Under the pieces are notes generated by a model, which saw only the letters and a list, made by a program, of their open reading frames with translations, searched no databases and was not told the DNA's origin. From an uncultured Rhodobacteraceae bacterium (lineage in GTDB: Bacteria > Pseudomonadota > Alphaproteobacteria > Rhodobacterales > Rhodobacteraceae): a stretch of 55,134 nt of DNA. Made by a program: the position numbers and the translations under genes. Location of the stretch: assembly GCA_965660085.1 (NCBI GenBank), contig CBFHYV010000001.1, forward strand, positions 1 through 55,134, in the 5' to 3' direction. Below, in pieces: positions 45,850-54,456 of this stretch; position 1 is the first letter of the stretch; the number at the start of each line of letters is the position of its first letter.

Positions 45850-46892
45850 TCGGACGGGTCGGGGCAGCGGTTCTTGCGGGCCTGTTGATGGCCAGCGGGT
45901 CGGCGCCAGCGGCCTCTGACACGGTGCGCTACACCTTTCTGGGCTTTGAGTCCCTGGAAGGTTGGGACCAGGACGATCACGCCGCCGCTTTGGCCGTGTT
46001 TTCAAATACTTGCAAGGATATGGCGGGCCCGGAATGGTCCGCCATCTGCGCGGCGGCCCATGACCGGGTGCGTGACCCCCGCGCCTTTTTCGAGCTGCTG
46101 TTCCAGCCCGTGCTCATCACCGATGACCGCGACCCGCTGTTCACGGGCTATTTCGAGCCTGAGCTGAACGGATCAAAAACCCGCACCGGCCCGTTCCAAT
46201 ACCCCGTCTACAGCCTGCCACCAGAGGCACGCGATGGCAGCTGGCTGTCCCGCCGGGAGATCGAGACTGGCACCGCCATGCTGGGCCGCGGGCTGGAACT
46301 CGCCTGGGTGGATGATCCGGTTGAGCTGTTTTTCCTTCAGGTCCAGGGGTCCGGCCGCATCCATTTCCAGGATGGCAGCTTCATGCGGGTGGGCTATGCC
46401 GGGGCCAACGGACATGAATACCGCTCTGTCGGGCAGGAACTTGTCCGCCGCGGCATTTATGAAGCCCACCAAGTGTCAGCGGATGTGATCCGCAACTGGG
46501 TGCGCCGCAACCCCGAGGCCGGGCGAGAGTTGCTGTTTCACAACCCGTCCTATGTGTTTTTCCGCAATGTCGATGCCGTGCCCGCGGACAAGGGCCCTTT
46601 GGGCGCCATGAACCGCTCCATCACGGCCCGGCGCAGCATCGCGGTTGATCCGCGTTTCGTGCCACTGGGCGCGCCCGTCTGGGTGGAAAAACAGGGGGTG
46701 CGGCCGCTCAACCGGCTGATGATTGCCCAGGATACCGGATCCGCGATCAAGGGCGCACAGCGGGCTGACATCTTCATGGGCACCGGGGCCGAGGCCGGGC
46801 GCGCCGCGGGCCGGCTGCGCGATGACGGGCGCATGGTGGTGTTGCTGCCAATCCCCCTAGCCCAGGCATTGACGGAGGATGACAAGGCATGA
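45846..46892 (+). CDS. mltA: Murein transglycosylase A (MltA)
   Basis: Signal peptide, GYFEPEL.GS, LEL.WVDDPVELFFLQVQGSG and a 3D domain (IAVDPRFVPLGAPVW...A.DTGSAIKG). Has an ATGA overlap with the upstream gene. Confidence 0.88.
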   Translation: MIGRVGAAVLAGLLMASGSAPAASDTVRYTFLGFESLEGWDQDDHAAALAVFSNTCKDMAGPEWSAICAAAHDRVRDPRAFFELLFQPVLITDDRDPLFTGYFEPELNGSKTRTGPFQYPVYSLPPEARDGSWLSRREIETGTAMLGRGLELAWVDDPVELFFLQVQGSGRIHFQDGSFMRVGYAGANGHEYRSVGQELVRRGIYEAHQVSADVIRNWVRRNPEAGRELLFHNPSYVFFRNVDAVPADKGPLGAMNRSITARRSIAVDPRFVPLGAPVWVEKQGVRPLNRLMIAQDTGSAIKGAQRADIFMGTGAEAGRAAGRLRDDGRMVVLLPIPLAQALTEDDKA

Positions 46893-47497
46893 GCCGTCGC
46901 CGCCGATCGCTGAAGCCGGAAGAGCTGGAGCTGTGGCAGGTCGTGGCGCGTAGCGCGGACCGGCTGAAACGGCCCAGCCTGACCCTGCCAAACGGCGCCC
47001 ATGCGCCGACCCAACAGCAACCCCCGCGCCCTGCCCCGAAGGCCGACCAACCCCAGATCTCCCGGTTCGAGATCGGGCAAAAACGCCAGCCGGTCCCTGA
47101 AACGCCGCGCCTGCCACCCACTGCGGTGGAACGGTTGGCCCATGCGCCCCTGCAAATGGATGCCAAGATCCATGGCCGGATGACGCGGGGCAAGTTGGCG
47201 CCGGAGGCGCGGATTGATCTGCACGGCATGACCCTGGATCAGGCGCATCCGGCGCTGATCCGGTTCATCGCCAATGCGTCGGCGCGCGGGCTGCGGCTGG
47301 TCCTTGTGATTACGGGCAAAGGCCGCCGGTCAGACCCGCATGACCCGATGCCCAGCAGCCGGGGCGTGTTGAAGCGGCAAGTGCCCGTCTGGCTGCGCCA
47401 TCCCCCCTGCGGCGGGATGATCCTGCAAGTGACAGAGGCCCATATCAGCCACGGCGGCGCTGGCGCCTATTACGTTTACCTGCGCCGTCATCGATAG
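46889..47497 (+). CDS. Smr domain-containing protein
   Basis: The C-terminal Smr domain reads IDLHGMTLDQAHPALIRFI....RGLRLVLVITGKG. The N-terminal half is proline-rich and disordered. Confidence 0.8.
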   Translation: MSRRRRSLKPEELELWQVVARSADRLKRPSLTLPNGAHAPTQQQPPRPAPKADQPQISRFEIGQKRQPVPETPRLPPTAVERLAHAPLQMDAKIHGRMTRGKLAPEARIDLHGMTLDQAHPALIRFIANASARGLRLVLVITGKGRRSDPHDPMPSSRGVLKRQVPVWLRHPPCGGMILQVTEAHISHGGAGAYYVYLRRHR

Positions 47498-48735
47498 CGC
47501 TGGGCCCTGGCCACCCCGGTGGCCAGGCAGGCCACCGCAAAGGCAAAATAGCCCGCCACCCACAGGTATTGCGTGGCCAGCGATACGCCCCGGTCCAGTA
47601 GCAGCCCCGACAGACCCGGCCCGATGGCGGAGCCCAGCACCATCAGCGCGGCGGCGGCGGCCTTTATCGCGCCCAGATGCGCCGTGCCGAAATATTCCGC
47701 CCAGAACGCACTGGTCAGCGTGTTATGCGCCCCCGCCGATGCCGCCATCATGGCCAGCCCCACTGCCGCGCCGGGCAGGCTGCCCAGCTGCGAAAAGGCC
47801 ACAAACGCCAGCACATAGGGCACCTGATACCACTGGATCAGCCGGGCCACGCCCAGTTTGTCCAGCAGCAAGCCAGAGCCGACCAGCGCCGCCACGGAGA
47901 TCCCGGAATAGACGGGGAACAGCGCGGCCAGTTCAAGATGGCTCCAGCCCTTCAGCCCCGCGAATTCAACCTGCTGAAAGAAAAACGCCGTATTGAACGC
48001 CGGCGGGCCAAGCAGCGCGGGCACCGCCAGCCAGAACAGCCAATGGCGCAGGGCCTCGGCCCGGCTCCAGCTGCGGCCCAGCATGCCTGTGGATTGGCTG
48101 GCCTTGACATGGCTTTGGGGCGTGCGTTCCTTCGCCAGAAGCACCCGCAGCGGCAGGATTGTCAGCAGCGCCGCCCCCGCCGCCATCATCCAGACACCCC
48201 GCCACGGCATCCAGGCCTTCAGCCAGATGACGGTCATGGGCAACACCGCTTCGCCCAGTGCAAAGCCCAGCCCGGCCATCATCAGCGCCTTGCCCCGGTT
48301 GGAGGCGAACCACCGCGCCATGGACACCAGTGCGACATGGCTCATCATGCCTTGTCCGGTCAACCGCAGGCAAAAGATCACCGCTGGCAAGGCCCAGACC
48401 GCCTGGTTCATGGCCATGAACAGGCAGGAGGCAGCCAGCGCCAGCAGGACCACAGTGGCGATGGTGCGGCTGCGGAACCTGTCCGTCAGACCCCCGGCCC
48501 AGATCATCACCGCGGCCGACACCGCCGTGCCCAGGGCATAGCTGCTGCCCCAGGCACTGTGGGTCAGGCCGAATTCGCCGCGCAATTCTTCGGCAAAGAC
48601 AGAGATGAAGAATGTCTGACCGAAACTGGACAGCAAAGACATGACCATGCCCGCGCCCAGCCAGCGCCCGTTTTCCCGAAGAAACGGCGCCAGACCCACT
48701 GTGGGGGCCGGCCCTGGTTGGGCGTGTTGGGTCAT
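47488..48735 (-). CDS. MFS transporter
   Basis: About 12 hydrophobic helices and an MFS loop motif GGLTDRFRSR. Start trimmed from 48861 to ATG 48735. Its 3-prime end overlaps the convergent smr gene by 10 nt. Confidence 0.8.
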   Translation of the reverse strand: MTQHAQPGPAPTVGLAPFLRENGRWLGAGMVMSLLSSFGQTFFISVFAEELRGEFGLTHSAWGSSYALGTAVSAAVMIWAGGLTDRFRSRTIATVVLLALAASCLFMAMNQAVWALPAVIFCLRLTGQGMMSHVALVSMARWFASNRGKALMMAGLGFALGEAVLPMTVIWLKAWMPWRGVWMMAAGAALLTILPLRVLLAKERTPQSHVKASQSTGMLGRSWSRAEALRHWLFWLAVPALLGPPAFNTAFFFQQVEFAGLKGWSHLELAALFPVYSGISVAALVGSGLLLDKLGVARLIQWYQVPYVLAFVAFSQLGSLPGAAVGLAMMAASAGAHNTLTSAFWAEYFGTAHLGAIKAAAAALMVLGSAIGPGLSGLLLDRGVSLATQYLWVAGYFAFAVACLATGVARAQRYR

Positions 48736-48928
48736 CTTTGGTCCTTGCACGGGTGGGATGGTCCGAGGCCGGGAAATCACCGGCTGCGTGACGGGAGTGT
48801 GACAGATCCTGTGGCGACAACCAGCGATTTCCCCGGCATGTGTTCCGCGAAAACATGGCAAAGCTGTTGTTGACTCGGCTGTATCGCACTAGCTTTGCTG
48901 AGGAGACGCGTAACAAGGGGAGATACCC

Positions 48929-49363
48929 ATGACGTTCAAATTCGCAGCCATCGCTGCCGCCACTCTGATGGCATCCTCGGCCTTTGCGGCCGGCCACGGC
49001 GGTTCTGGTGATGCAGCAGCCGGTGAAAAGGATTTCAACCGCTGCAAGTCCTGCCACATGATCACCGCTGACGACGGCACCAACATCGTGCGCGGCGGCC
49101 GGACCGGCCCGAACCTGTATGGTGTCATTGGCCGCCAGGCAGGCACTGTCGAAGGCTTCCGCTACGGCGATTCCCTCGTCGAAGCTGGGGAAAAAGGCCT
49201 GATGTGGGACGAAGCCTCCTTCGTGGCCTATGTGGCTGATCCCAAGGCATTCCTGGCGGATTACCTGGGCGACAGCGGTGCACGGTCCAAGATGTCCTTC
49301 CGCCTGAACTCCGGCGCAGAAGACATTTACGCCTATCTGGTCTCCGTCGGCCCGGCGATGTAA
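48929..49363 (+). CDS. cycA: Cytochrome c2 (class I c-type cytochrome)
   Basis: Signal peptide, heme motif CKSCH, GPNLYGV.GR.AG and a distal Met (SKMSF). Closely collinear with Rhodobacter cytochrome c2 as recalled. Confidence 0.85.
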   Translation: MTFKFAAIAAATLMASSAFAAGHGGSGDAAAGEKDFNRCKSCHMITADDGTNIVRGGRTGPNLYGVIGRQAGTVEGFRYGDSLVEAGEKGLMWDEASFVAYVADPKAFLADYLGDSGARSKMSFRLNSGAEDIYAYLVSVGPAM

Positions 49364-49788
49364 GGCCCCGCCCCTGAGCCGGAACAACCGGCCCGGGACA
49401 AGATCATCAAATCCAGAAACAGGGCGTCTTGCGCCCTGTTTTTTTTGGCTTTCTCTTGTTGGCGCGCCCTGGTGCGCAGGGCGTGAATGGCCAAATCCTC
49501 GCCCACCGCGCGGGCCAGCCCCTGTTTCCGTGTCTCTTGCGTGGCGCGCAGCTGGGCAATCTCCATCAATGTCTCTTGTCTGCGGCGGGTCAGCGTTGCC
49601 AGCCAGGCGCCTGTCTGGCCCAGCACGGCGCGGGCGGGGTCGGTTTCCTGGCTGGCGTGGCTGATCTGCAACTGAATGGCGCGCAGCTTTTCGTCGGCCC
49701 GGATCAGCTCTGCCGTCAGCTGCGCCATGGCCTGGCTTTCGGCCCGGCGGCGCATGGCAGTGATCTTGGAGAGTTGCGGCAGCGTCAT
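49333..49788 (-). CDS. Coiled-coil hypothetical protein of the flagellar export cluster (FliJ-like role is speculative)
   Basis: Its ATG overlaps the flhB stop (ATGA), which argues for real translation. About 115 aa are heptad-like and Q/R/A-rich. The last ~35 codons run through the cycA terminator and into the cycA 3-prime end. Confidence 0.5.
   Translation of the reverse strand: MTLPQLSKITAMRRRAESQAMAQLTAELIRADEKLRAIQLQISHASQETDPARAVLGQTGAWLATLTRRRQETLMEIAQLRATQETRKQGLARAVGEDLAIHALRTRARQQEKAKKNRAQDALFLDLMILSRAGCSGSGAGPYIAGPTETR
49417..49446 (+). terminator. Rho-independent terminator of cycA
   Basis: AAACAGGGCG-tcttg-CGCCCTGTTTTTTTT: a 7-10 bp stem followed by a T8 run, 54 nt after the cycA stop. 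Confidence 0.85.
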
Positions 49789-50873
49789 CCCATGCCTTTC
49801 TTGCGTTTCTGGCGCAGCGCGTCTGCAAACCGGATCGCGGCGGCGACGGCTGCATAGTGGTCAGGGGGGATCTGCTGCCCCACCTCAACAGTGGCAAACA
49901 GTGCCCGTGCCGTGGGGGGATCGGAATGGATCGGCACCCGGGCGTCCTGCGCTGTTTCGCGGATGCGGCGCGCGATCTCATCCGTGCCCTTGGCCACGCA
50001 GACCGGGGCGGTATCCGCACCGCGATCCCACGCCAGCGCCACCGCGTAATGCGTGGGGTTGACGATGACCACATCCGCCTTGGGCACATCCTGCATCATG
50101 CGATTTGCGGCGATTTCCTGTGCCCGGGCGCGGCGCTGGGATTTTACATGGGGATCGCCTTCGGCGTCCTTGACCTCATCGCGCAGTTCCTTGTGGGACA
50201 TGCGGTTGCGCTTCATGAATTGCGCCCGCTGCCAGATGTAATCCAGCGCCGCGATGCCGGCGGCCACAAGCACGATCAGCCCCAGCAGACGCAGCGACAA
50301 GGCCCCCAGCATGGACATGCCCTGTTCCGGCGGCATCAGCACCGCGGCGGTGACAACGTCCATATTGCGCCGCAGGAAAATGAACAGGCAGGCCCCGAAA
50401 AGGCAGAGCTTCGCCGCGCTCTTGGCGAATTCGGACAATCCCTGAATGCCGAATTTCTGTTGCGCCGTCTGTATGGGCGAGATCCGCGACAGCTTTGGCT
50501 TGATCTTTGATGGCGCAAAAACAAAGGCATTCTGCGCGGCAACCGCCAGCAGAACGGCCACCATCGGGATGGCAAAGCCGGCCAGCAGGCTATGGCCGAT
50601 CTGCCGCAACAGGGCGCCAGTTGCGGGGCCCGCCTGGGATTGCAACAGTTGGGCGGCAATGTCGGGCGCCTGTGACAGCATGGCCGTCAGGCTGCCGCCG
50701 ATGTCGGACACCCATGCCACGCCGAAAGCCGACAGGCCCCCCCACCAGCCGACATAGGCCGCGGTGCTGCTGATATCGGCCGAGCGTGCGATCTCGCCCT
50801 TTTTGCGGGCGTCTTGCAGTTTCTTTTCGGTCGGGTCGTGGTTTTTCTCTGTATCGTCGTCAGCGCCTGACAT
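49785..50873 (-). CDS. flhB: Flagellar type III export protein FlhB
   Basis: Contains EKNHDPTEKKLQDARKKGEIARS, four TM helices and the NPTH autocleavage site (VIVNPTHYAVAL). Confidence 0.92.
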   Translation of the reverse strand: MSGADDDTEKNHDPTEKKLQDARKKGEIARSADISSTAAYVGWWGGLSAFGVAWVSDIGGSLTAMLSQAPDIAAQLLQSQAGPATGALLRQIGHSLLAGFAIPMVAVLLAVAAQNAFVFAPSKIKPKLSRISPIQTAQQKFGIQGLSEFAKSAAKLCLFGACLFIFLRRNMDVVTAAVLMPPEQGMSMLGALSLRLLGLIVLVAAGIAALDYIWQRAQFMKRNRMSHKELRDEVKDAEGDPHVKSQRRARAQEIAANRMMQDVPKADVVIVNPTHYAVALAWDRGADTAPVCVAKGTDEIARRIRETAQDARVPIHSDPPTARALFATVEVGQQIPPDHYAAVAAAIRFADALRQKRKKGMG

Positions 50874-51622
50874 CAGCGGACCCCCAGCGGATCCGAGAGA
50901 TACTGCGACAGCTCCCCGTGCCAGACGCCCAGCATGACCGGAGCACAGACTATCAACAGCGCCAGCGCGCCCAGCGTGATCACCGGCGCGCCGATAAAGG
51001 CCACCATCAGTTGCGGCATCGCGCGGTTGATGGCGCCCAGCGTCAGGTTATAGAGCGTTGCGGCGATCAGAAAGGGCGCCGCAAGTTGCAGCGCCAGACC
51101 GAAGCTCTTTGCGATCCGGGCCGTTCCCCATTCCGCCACCGCGGTTGGTGAAGGTGGCACGCCCATGGGCAACAGCTCATAGGATTGGATCAGCAGCATG
51201 ATTGCGGCGACATGCCCGTCTAGCAGCATGAACAGCGCCACAGCGGCCAGTGACAGCACCTGGCCCATCGCAGGAAGCGGATCGGGGAAGGCGCCGCCGG
51301 ACAGTTGCGCCAAGGATGTGGCCTGCGCGGCCATTGCGGCGGCGGTCTGCATGGCCATCAGGATCAGCCGCGCCCCGATGCCCAGCAGCAACCCGATCAC
51401 GGTTTCCGAGACAAGGTAGGCGGCAAAACTGCCAAGGCCGGGCGGCTGTTCTGGCATGGGGGCAGCGGGCAAGATGATGATGGTGGCCGCAGCTGCGGCC
51501 ATCAACTTGACCCGCACGGACAGGCTTTGTTCGCCAATGCCTGGCAAAAGCGCGAACATCGCCGCGACGCGCAGAAAAACCACGACTGCAGCCCAACCCA
51601 GTTCATCGGCCAGCGCCATCAT
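50873..51622 (-). CDS. fliR: Flagellar type III export protein FliR
   Basis: 249-aa polytopic membrane protein with F.R....F.LLPG.G. Positioned between flhA and flhB with overlapping stop/start codons. Confidence 0.88.
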   Translation of the reverse strand: MMALADELGWAAVVVFLRVAAMFALLPGIGEQSLSVRVKLMAAAAATIIILPAAPMPEQPPGLGSFAAYLVSETVIGLLLGIGARLILMAMQTAAAMAAQATSLAQLSGGAFPDPLPAMGQVLSLAAVALFMLLDGHVAAIMLLIQSYELLPMGVPPSPTAVAEWGTARIAKSFGLALQLAAPFLIAATLYNLTLGAINRAMPQLMVAFIGAPVITLGALALLIVCAPVMLGVWHGELSQYLSDPLGVR

Positions 51623-53706
51623 GCCGGTATGATCCCGACAAGCGCGGGCCGGGCCTCATGGCCCAGCTCCTCGTAGGACAGGACAGGGTTGCTCAGCCCT
51701 TTCACAGCCATCAGCGTGCTGAGAAACCGGCGGCGCCGGGCGGTCGTGATGACCGCCGGGAACACGCCATTTTCAGAGATCGTTGCAATCTGGCTGGCAA
51801 GGCCGTTTGTCAGCTTCTCAAAGGCGTCGGGGGGCAGACCCACGTCTGGCGCGCCGCGGTCGTTTTCGACCTCATGCGCGGCAAAGATCTCCTCCCACTC
51901 GGGGGCCAGTTGCAGCAACGGCACGGTGCCATCCAAGCGGCGCAGCTCTGCCACCAGCTGTGGCCCCAGCCGCTGGCGCACCAGTTCGCACAGGGTTTCC
52001 GGCTGGGTTGTGCTGACGCGCAGCTCTGCCAGGGTTTCCAGGATCACCGGCAAGTTGCGGATCGACACACGCTCTGCCAGCAGCAGGCGCAGCACGGCAT
52101 GCAGCAGTTCGACAGGAACGCGGTCCGGGATCAACTCATCCAGCAGGCGACGGTTGGCGCTTGCGCGTTCGGGGTTGGACAGGCTGGTGATCTCATCCAG
52201 GATCCGGCGCAGCGCCTTGAGCGTCAGCAGGCGCGGGAAATTGCGCTTGATCAGCTCCAGCAGATGGGTCGCAAGGACCTCGGCAGGTGAGATGATGGTG
52301 GCGCCTTGCAAGGTCGCGGTCTCCCTGTCGCGCGGGTGGATCCACCGGGCCGGCGCGCCGTAGACGGGCTCTTTGACATCGGGTCCGCTGGGCAGTTCCG
52401 GTGTGATGGTTTGCACTAGGGCCAGCACCATGTTCGGATGCAGCACGCCCCGCCCGGCCTCAACACCCTGGATGCGGATGATGTAGGTGCCAGGCTCCAA
52501 TCCGGCGGAGTCCGTGATGCGGATGTCCGGCATGATGAAGCCGAAGGTTTCGGCAATATGGGTCCGCATGCGCGTGATGCGGGAATCCAGCCCCGTCGCC
52601 GGATCCAGCACCATGCCCACAAGATCTGATGCAAATTCGACGTGAATGTCATCCAGATCCAGGGTGTCGCCCAGCGTCGGCGCGGCGGGCGGGGCGGTGG
52701 GATCGGCTTCGGTGGTCGTTGGATCCACGACGGTTTTGCGGGCCTCGCGCCAGGCCAGAAGGCCAAGCACCACGGCCCCGAGCATGAAGGGTACGAAGGG
52801 CAGCCCCGGCACCAGCGCGAACAGCCCCATCAGCAGCGCCACGGCCCGCAGGGCCTGCGGGTTGCTGCCCAACTGCCCCAGAACCGCCAGGTCCATCGCA
52901 CCACGGGTGCCCCCGCGTGACAGCAGCAGCGCCGAGGCGAAGGAAATCACCACTGCCGGGATCTGGGACACCAGCCCATCCCCCACGGTCAGGATGGCAT
53001 AGGTTTCAAAGGCCGCGCCGATCGCCATGCCATGGGCAAAGACGCCCATCGCAAGGCCCACCACCAGGTTCAGCAGGGTGATCAGCAGCCCCGCCACCGC
53101 ATCGCCGCGCACGAATTTCGACGCACCGTCCAAAGAGCCGAAAAAGGTGGTTTCCTGCTGTTCGCGTTCGCGCCGGGCCTTGGCCTCTTCATGGGTGATG
53201 GCGCCTGCGGACAAATCGCTGTCAATCGCCAACTGCTTGCCGGGCATCCCGTCCAGCGCAAATCGGGCGCCGACTTCGGCCATGCGGGTTGCGCCCTTTG
53301 TGATCACGATGAAATTGACGATCAGCAAGACGCCAAAGACGACAAGCCCCAGCAGGATGCTGCCACCCATGACGAAATTGGCAAACCCCTCGATCACGCC
53401 GCCGGCGGCATCGGGGCCGGTGTGGCCCTGCCCGATGATCAGCTTGGTCGAGGATACGTTCAACGACAGGCGCAGCATGAGCGAGGCCAGCAGCACCGTG
53501 GGAAAGGCCGAGAAATCCAGCGGATGTTCCGAAAACAGGGCGATACAGAAGATCAGGATGGCCAGCGCGAAGGACGCGGCCAGGCCCACATCCAGCACAT
53601 AGGAGGGCACCGGCAGGATCATCATCACGATCACGGCCATCAGACCGATGGCCGTGGCAAGCGACAGGGTCATGCGCCCCTGCGCGGGTTTGGCGGCGAC
53701 GGTCAT
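51619..53706 (-). CDS. flhA: Flagellar type III export protein FlhA
   Basis: 695 aa. The N-terminal membrane domain carries the FHIPEP motifs (ITKGATRMAEVGARFALDGMPGKQLAIDSDL), followed by a cytoplasmic ring domain. Confidence 0.93.
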   Translation of the reverse strand: MTVAAKPAQGRMTLSLATAIGLMAVIVMMILPVPSYVLDVGLAASFALAILIFCIALFSEHPLDFSAFPTVLLASLMLRLSLNVSSTKLIIGQGHTGPDAAGGVIEGFANFVMGGSILLGLVVFGVLLIVNFIVITKGATRMAEVGARFALDGMPGKQLAIDSDLSAGAITHEEAKARREREQQETTFFGSLDGASKFVRGDAVAGLLITLLNLVVGLAMGVFAHGMAIGAAFETYAILTVGDGLVSQIPAVVISFASALLLSRGGTRGAMDLAVLGQLGSNPQALRAVALLMGLFALVPGLPFVPFMLGAVVLGLLAWREARKTVVDPTTTEADPTAPPAAPTLGDTLDLDDIHVEFASDLVGMVLDPATGLDSRITRMRTHIAETFGFIMPDIRITDSAGLEPGTYIIRIQGVEAGRGVLHPNMVLALVQTITPELPSGPDVKEPVYGAPARWIHPRDRETATLQGATIISPAEVLATHLLELIKRNFPRLLTLKALRRILDEITSLSNPERASANRRLLDELIPDRVPVELLHAVLRLLLAERVSIRNLPVILETLAELRVSTTQPETLCELVRQRLGPQLVAELRRLDGTVPLLQLAPEWEEIFAAHEVENDRGAPDVGLPPDAFEKLTNGLASQIATISENGVFPAVITTARRRRFLSTLMAVKGLSNPVLSYEELGHEARPALVGIIPA

Positions 53707-54378
53707 TCAATACTCCACAAAGGGGGAGACGGGCACCGCATCCAGCGGCACGAGCGAGGCAAGGCTGGCGCCGGCACCGGGCCGCAGCAGCGCGAATTCC
53801 CGCGGCGACAACGCGCCATTGGTGGCCAGTTCCTGCTGCAGGTCCGTATGGATGCGCCGATACAGGTCCGTGTAGCGCTGGGCGTGGCGGGGCGTGCGGG
53901 AATGATAGGCCCCCACGGCGCGCACCCAGTCGTTCTTCTCGTCGTAAAGCTCTTGCAGGAACCGGGCGGCGTAGCGGGCATTGGCGCGCGGCTCAAACAT
54001 CTCCTGAACCGAGCGGAAGGCAGAGCCATGCCAGCGGTAGTTGATCTGGAAACACCCGACATCGAAGCTGGTCCGCCCGCTGTCGATCAGCCGCTGGGCA
54101 AAGGCCTCAGCCTCTGCGCGGGTGTCGAACCAATAGCCCTTGCCAGCGGCATTGATCGTCCAGGGCCAGGGCATGCGGCGGCCGTTGTGGCCACGGCCGG
54201 TTTCCAGGCGGGTGATGGCCAGCAGCACGTTGCGCGGCACCAGGGCATCCCGCGCCGCCGCCAGGGCAGCCCTGTCGCAGATGCCCGATGTTCCGCTATC
54301 AAGCGCGCGGGCCGGTGACGGGGCGCTGATCCAGGCGGCCAGAAGCGCGCCCAGGAAGATTCGCACGGCCAAAGACAT
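53707..54378 (-). CDS. Lytic transglycosylase (SLT domain), flagellum-cluster associated
   Basis: Signal peptide. An SLT-like catalytic region (LLAITRLETG with the Glu) is followed by DVGCFQIN and AYHS. Its stop abuts the flhA start (TGAATG). Confidence 0.7.
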   Translation of the reverse strand: MSLAVRIFLGALLAAWISAPSPARALDSGTSGICDRAALAAARDALVPRNVLLAITRLETGRGHNGRRMPWPWTINAAGKGYWFDTRAEAEAFAQRLIDSGRTSFDVGCFQINYRWHGSAFRSVQEMFEPRANARYAARFLQELYDEKNDWVRAVGAYHSRTPRHAQRYTDLYRRIHTDLQQELATNGALSPREFALLRPGAGASLASLVPLDAVPVSPFVEY

Positions 54379-54456
54379 TCTGTCCCTCCTTGCGTTGCGA
54401 GGCAGGGAACAGCTACGCGCGATGCGTTTACAAATCGTGGAGGCAGGCTCGGCGGT

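Noticed and set aside
47966-50089. 707-aa minus-strand ORF spanning the MFS, cycA and flhB regions
   Set aside because: It crosses three independently supported genes on both strands and an intergenic terminator. Its composition is Arg/Pro/Gly-rich with no motifs. It is a GC-driven artefact.
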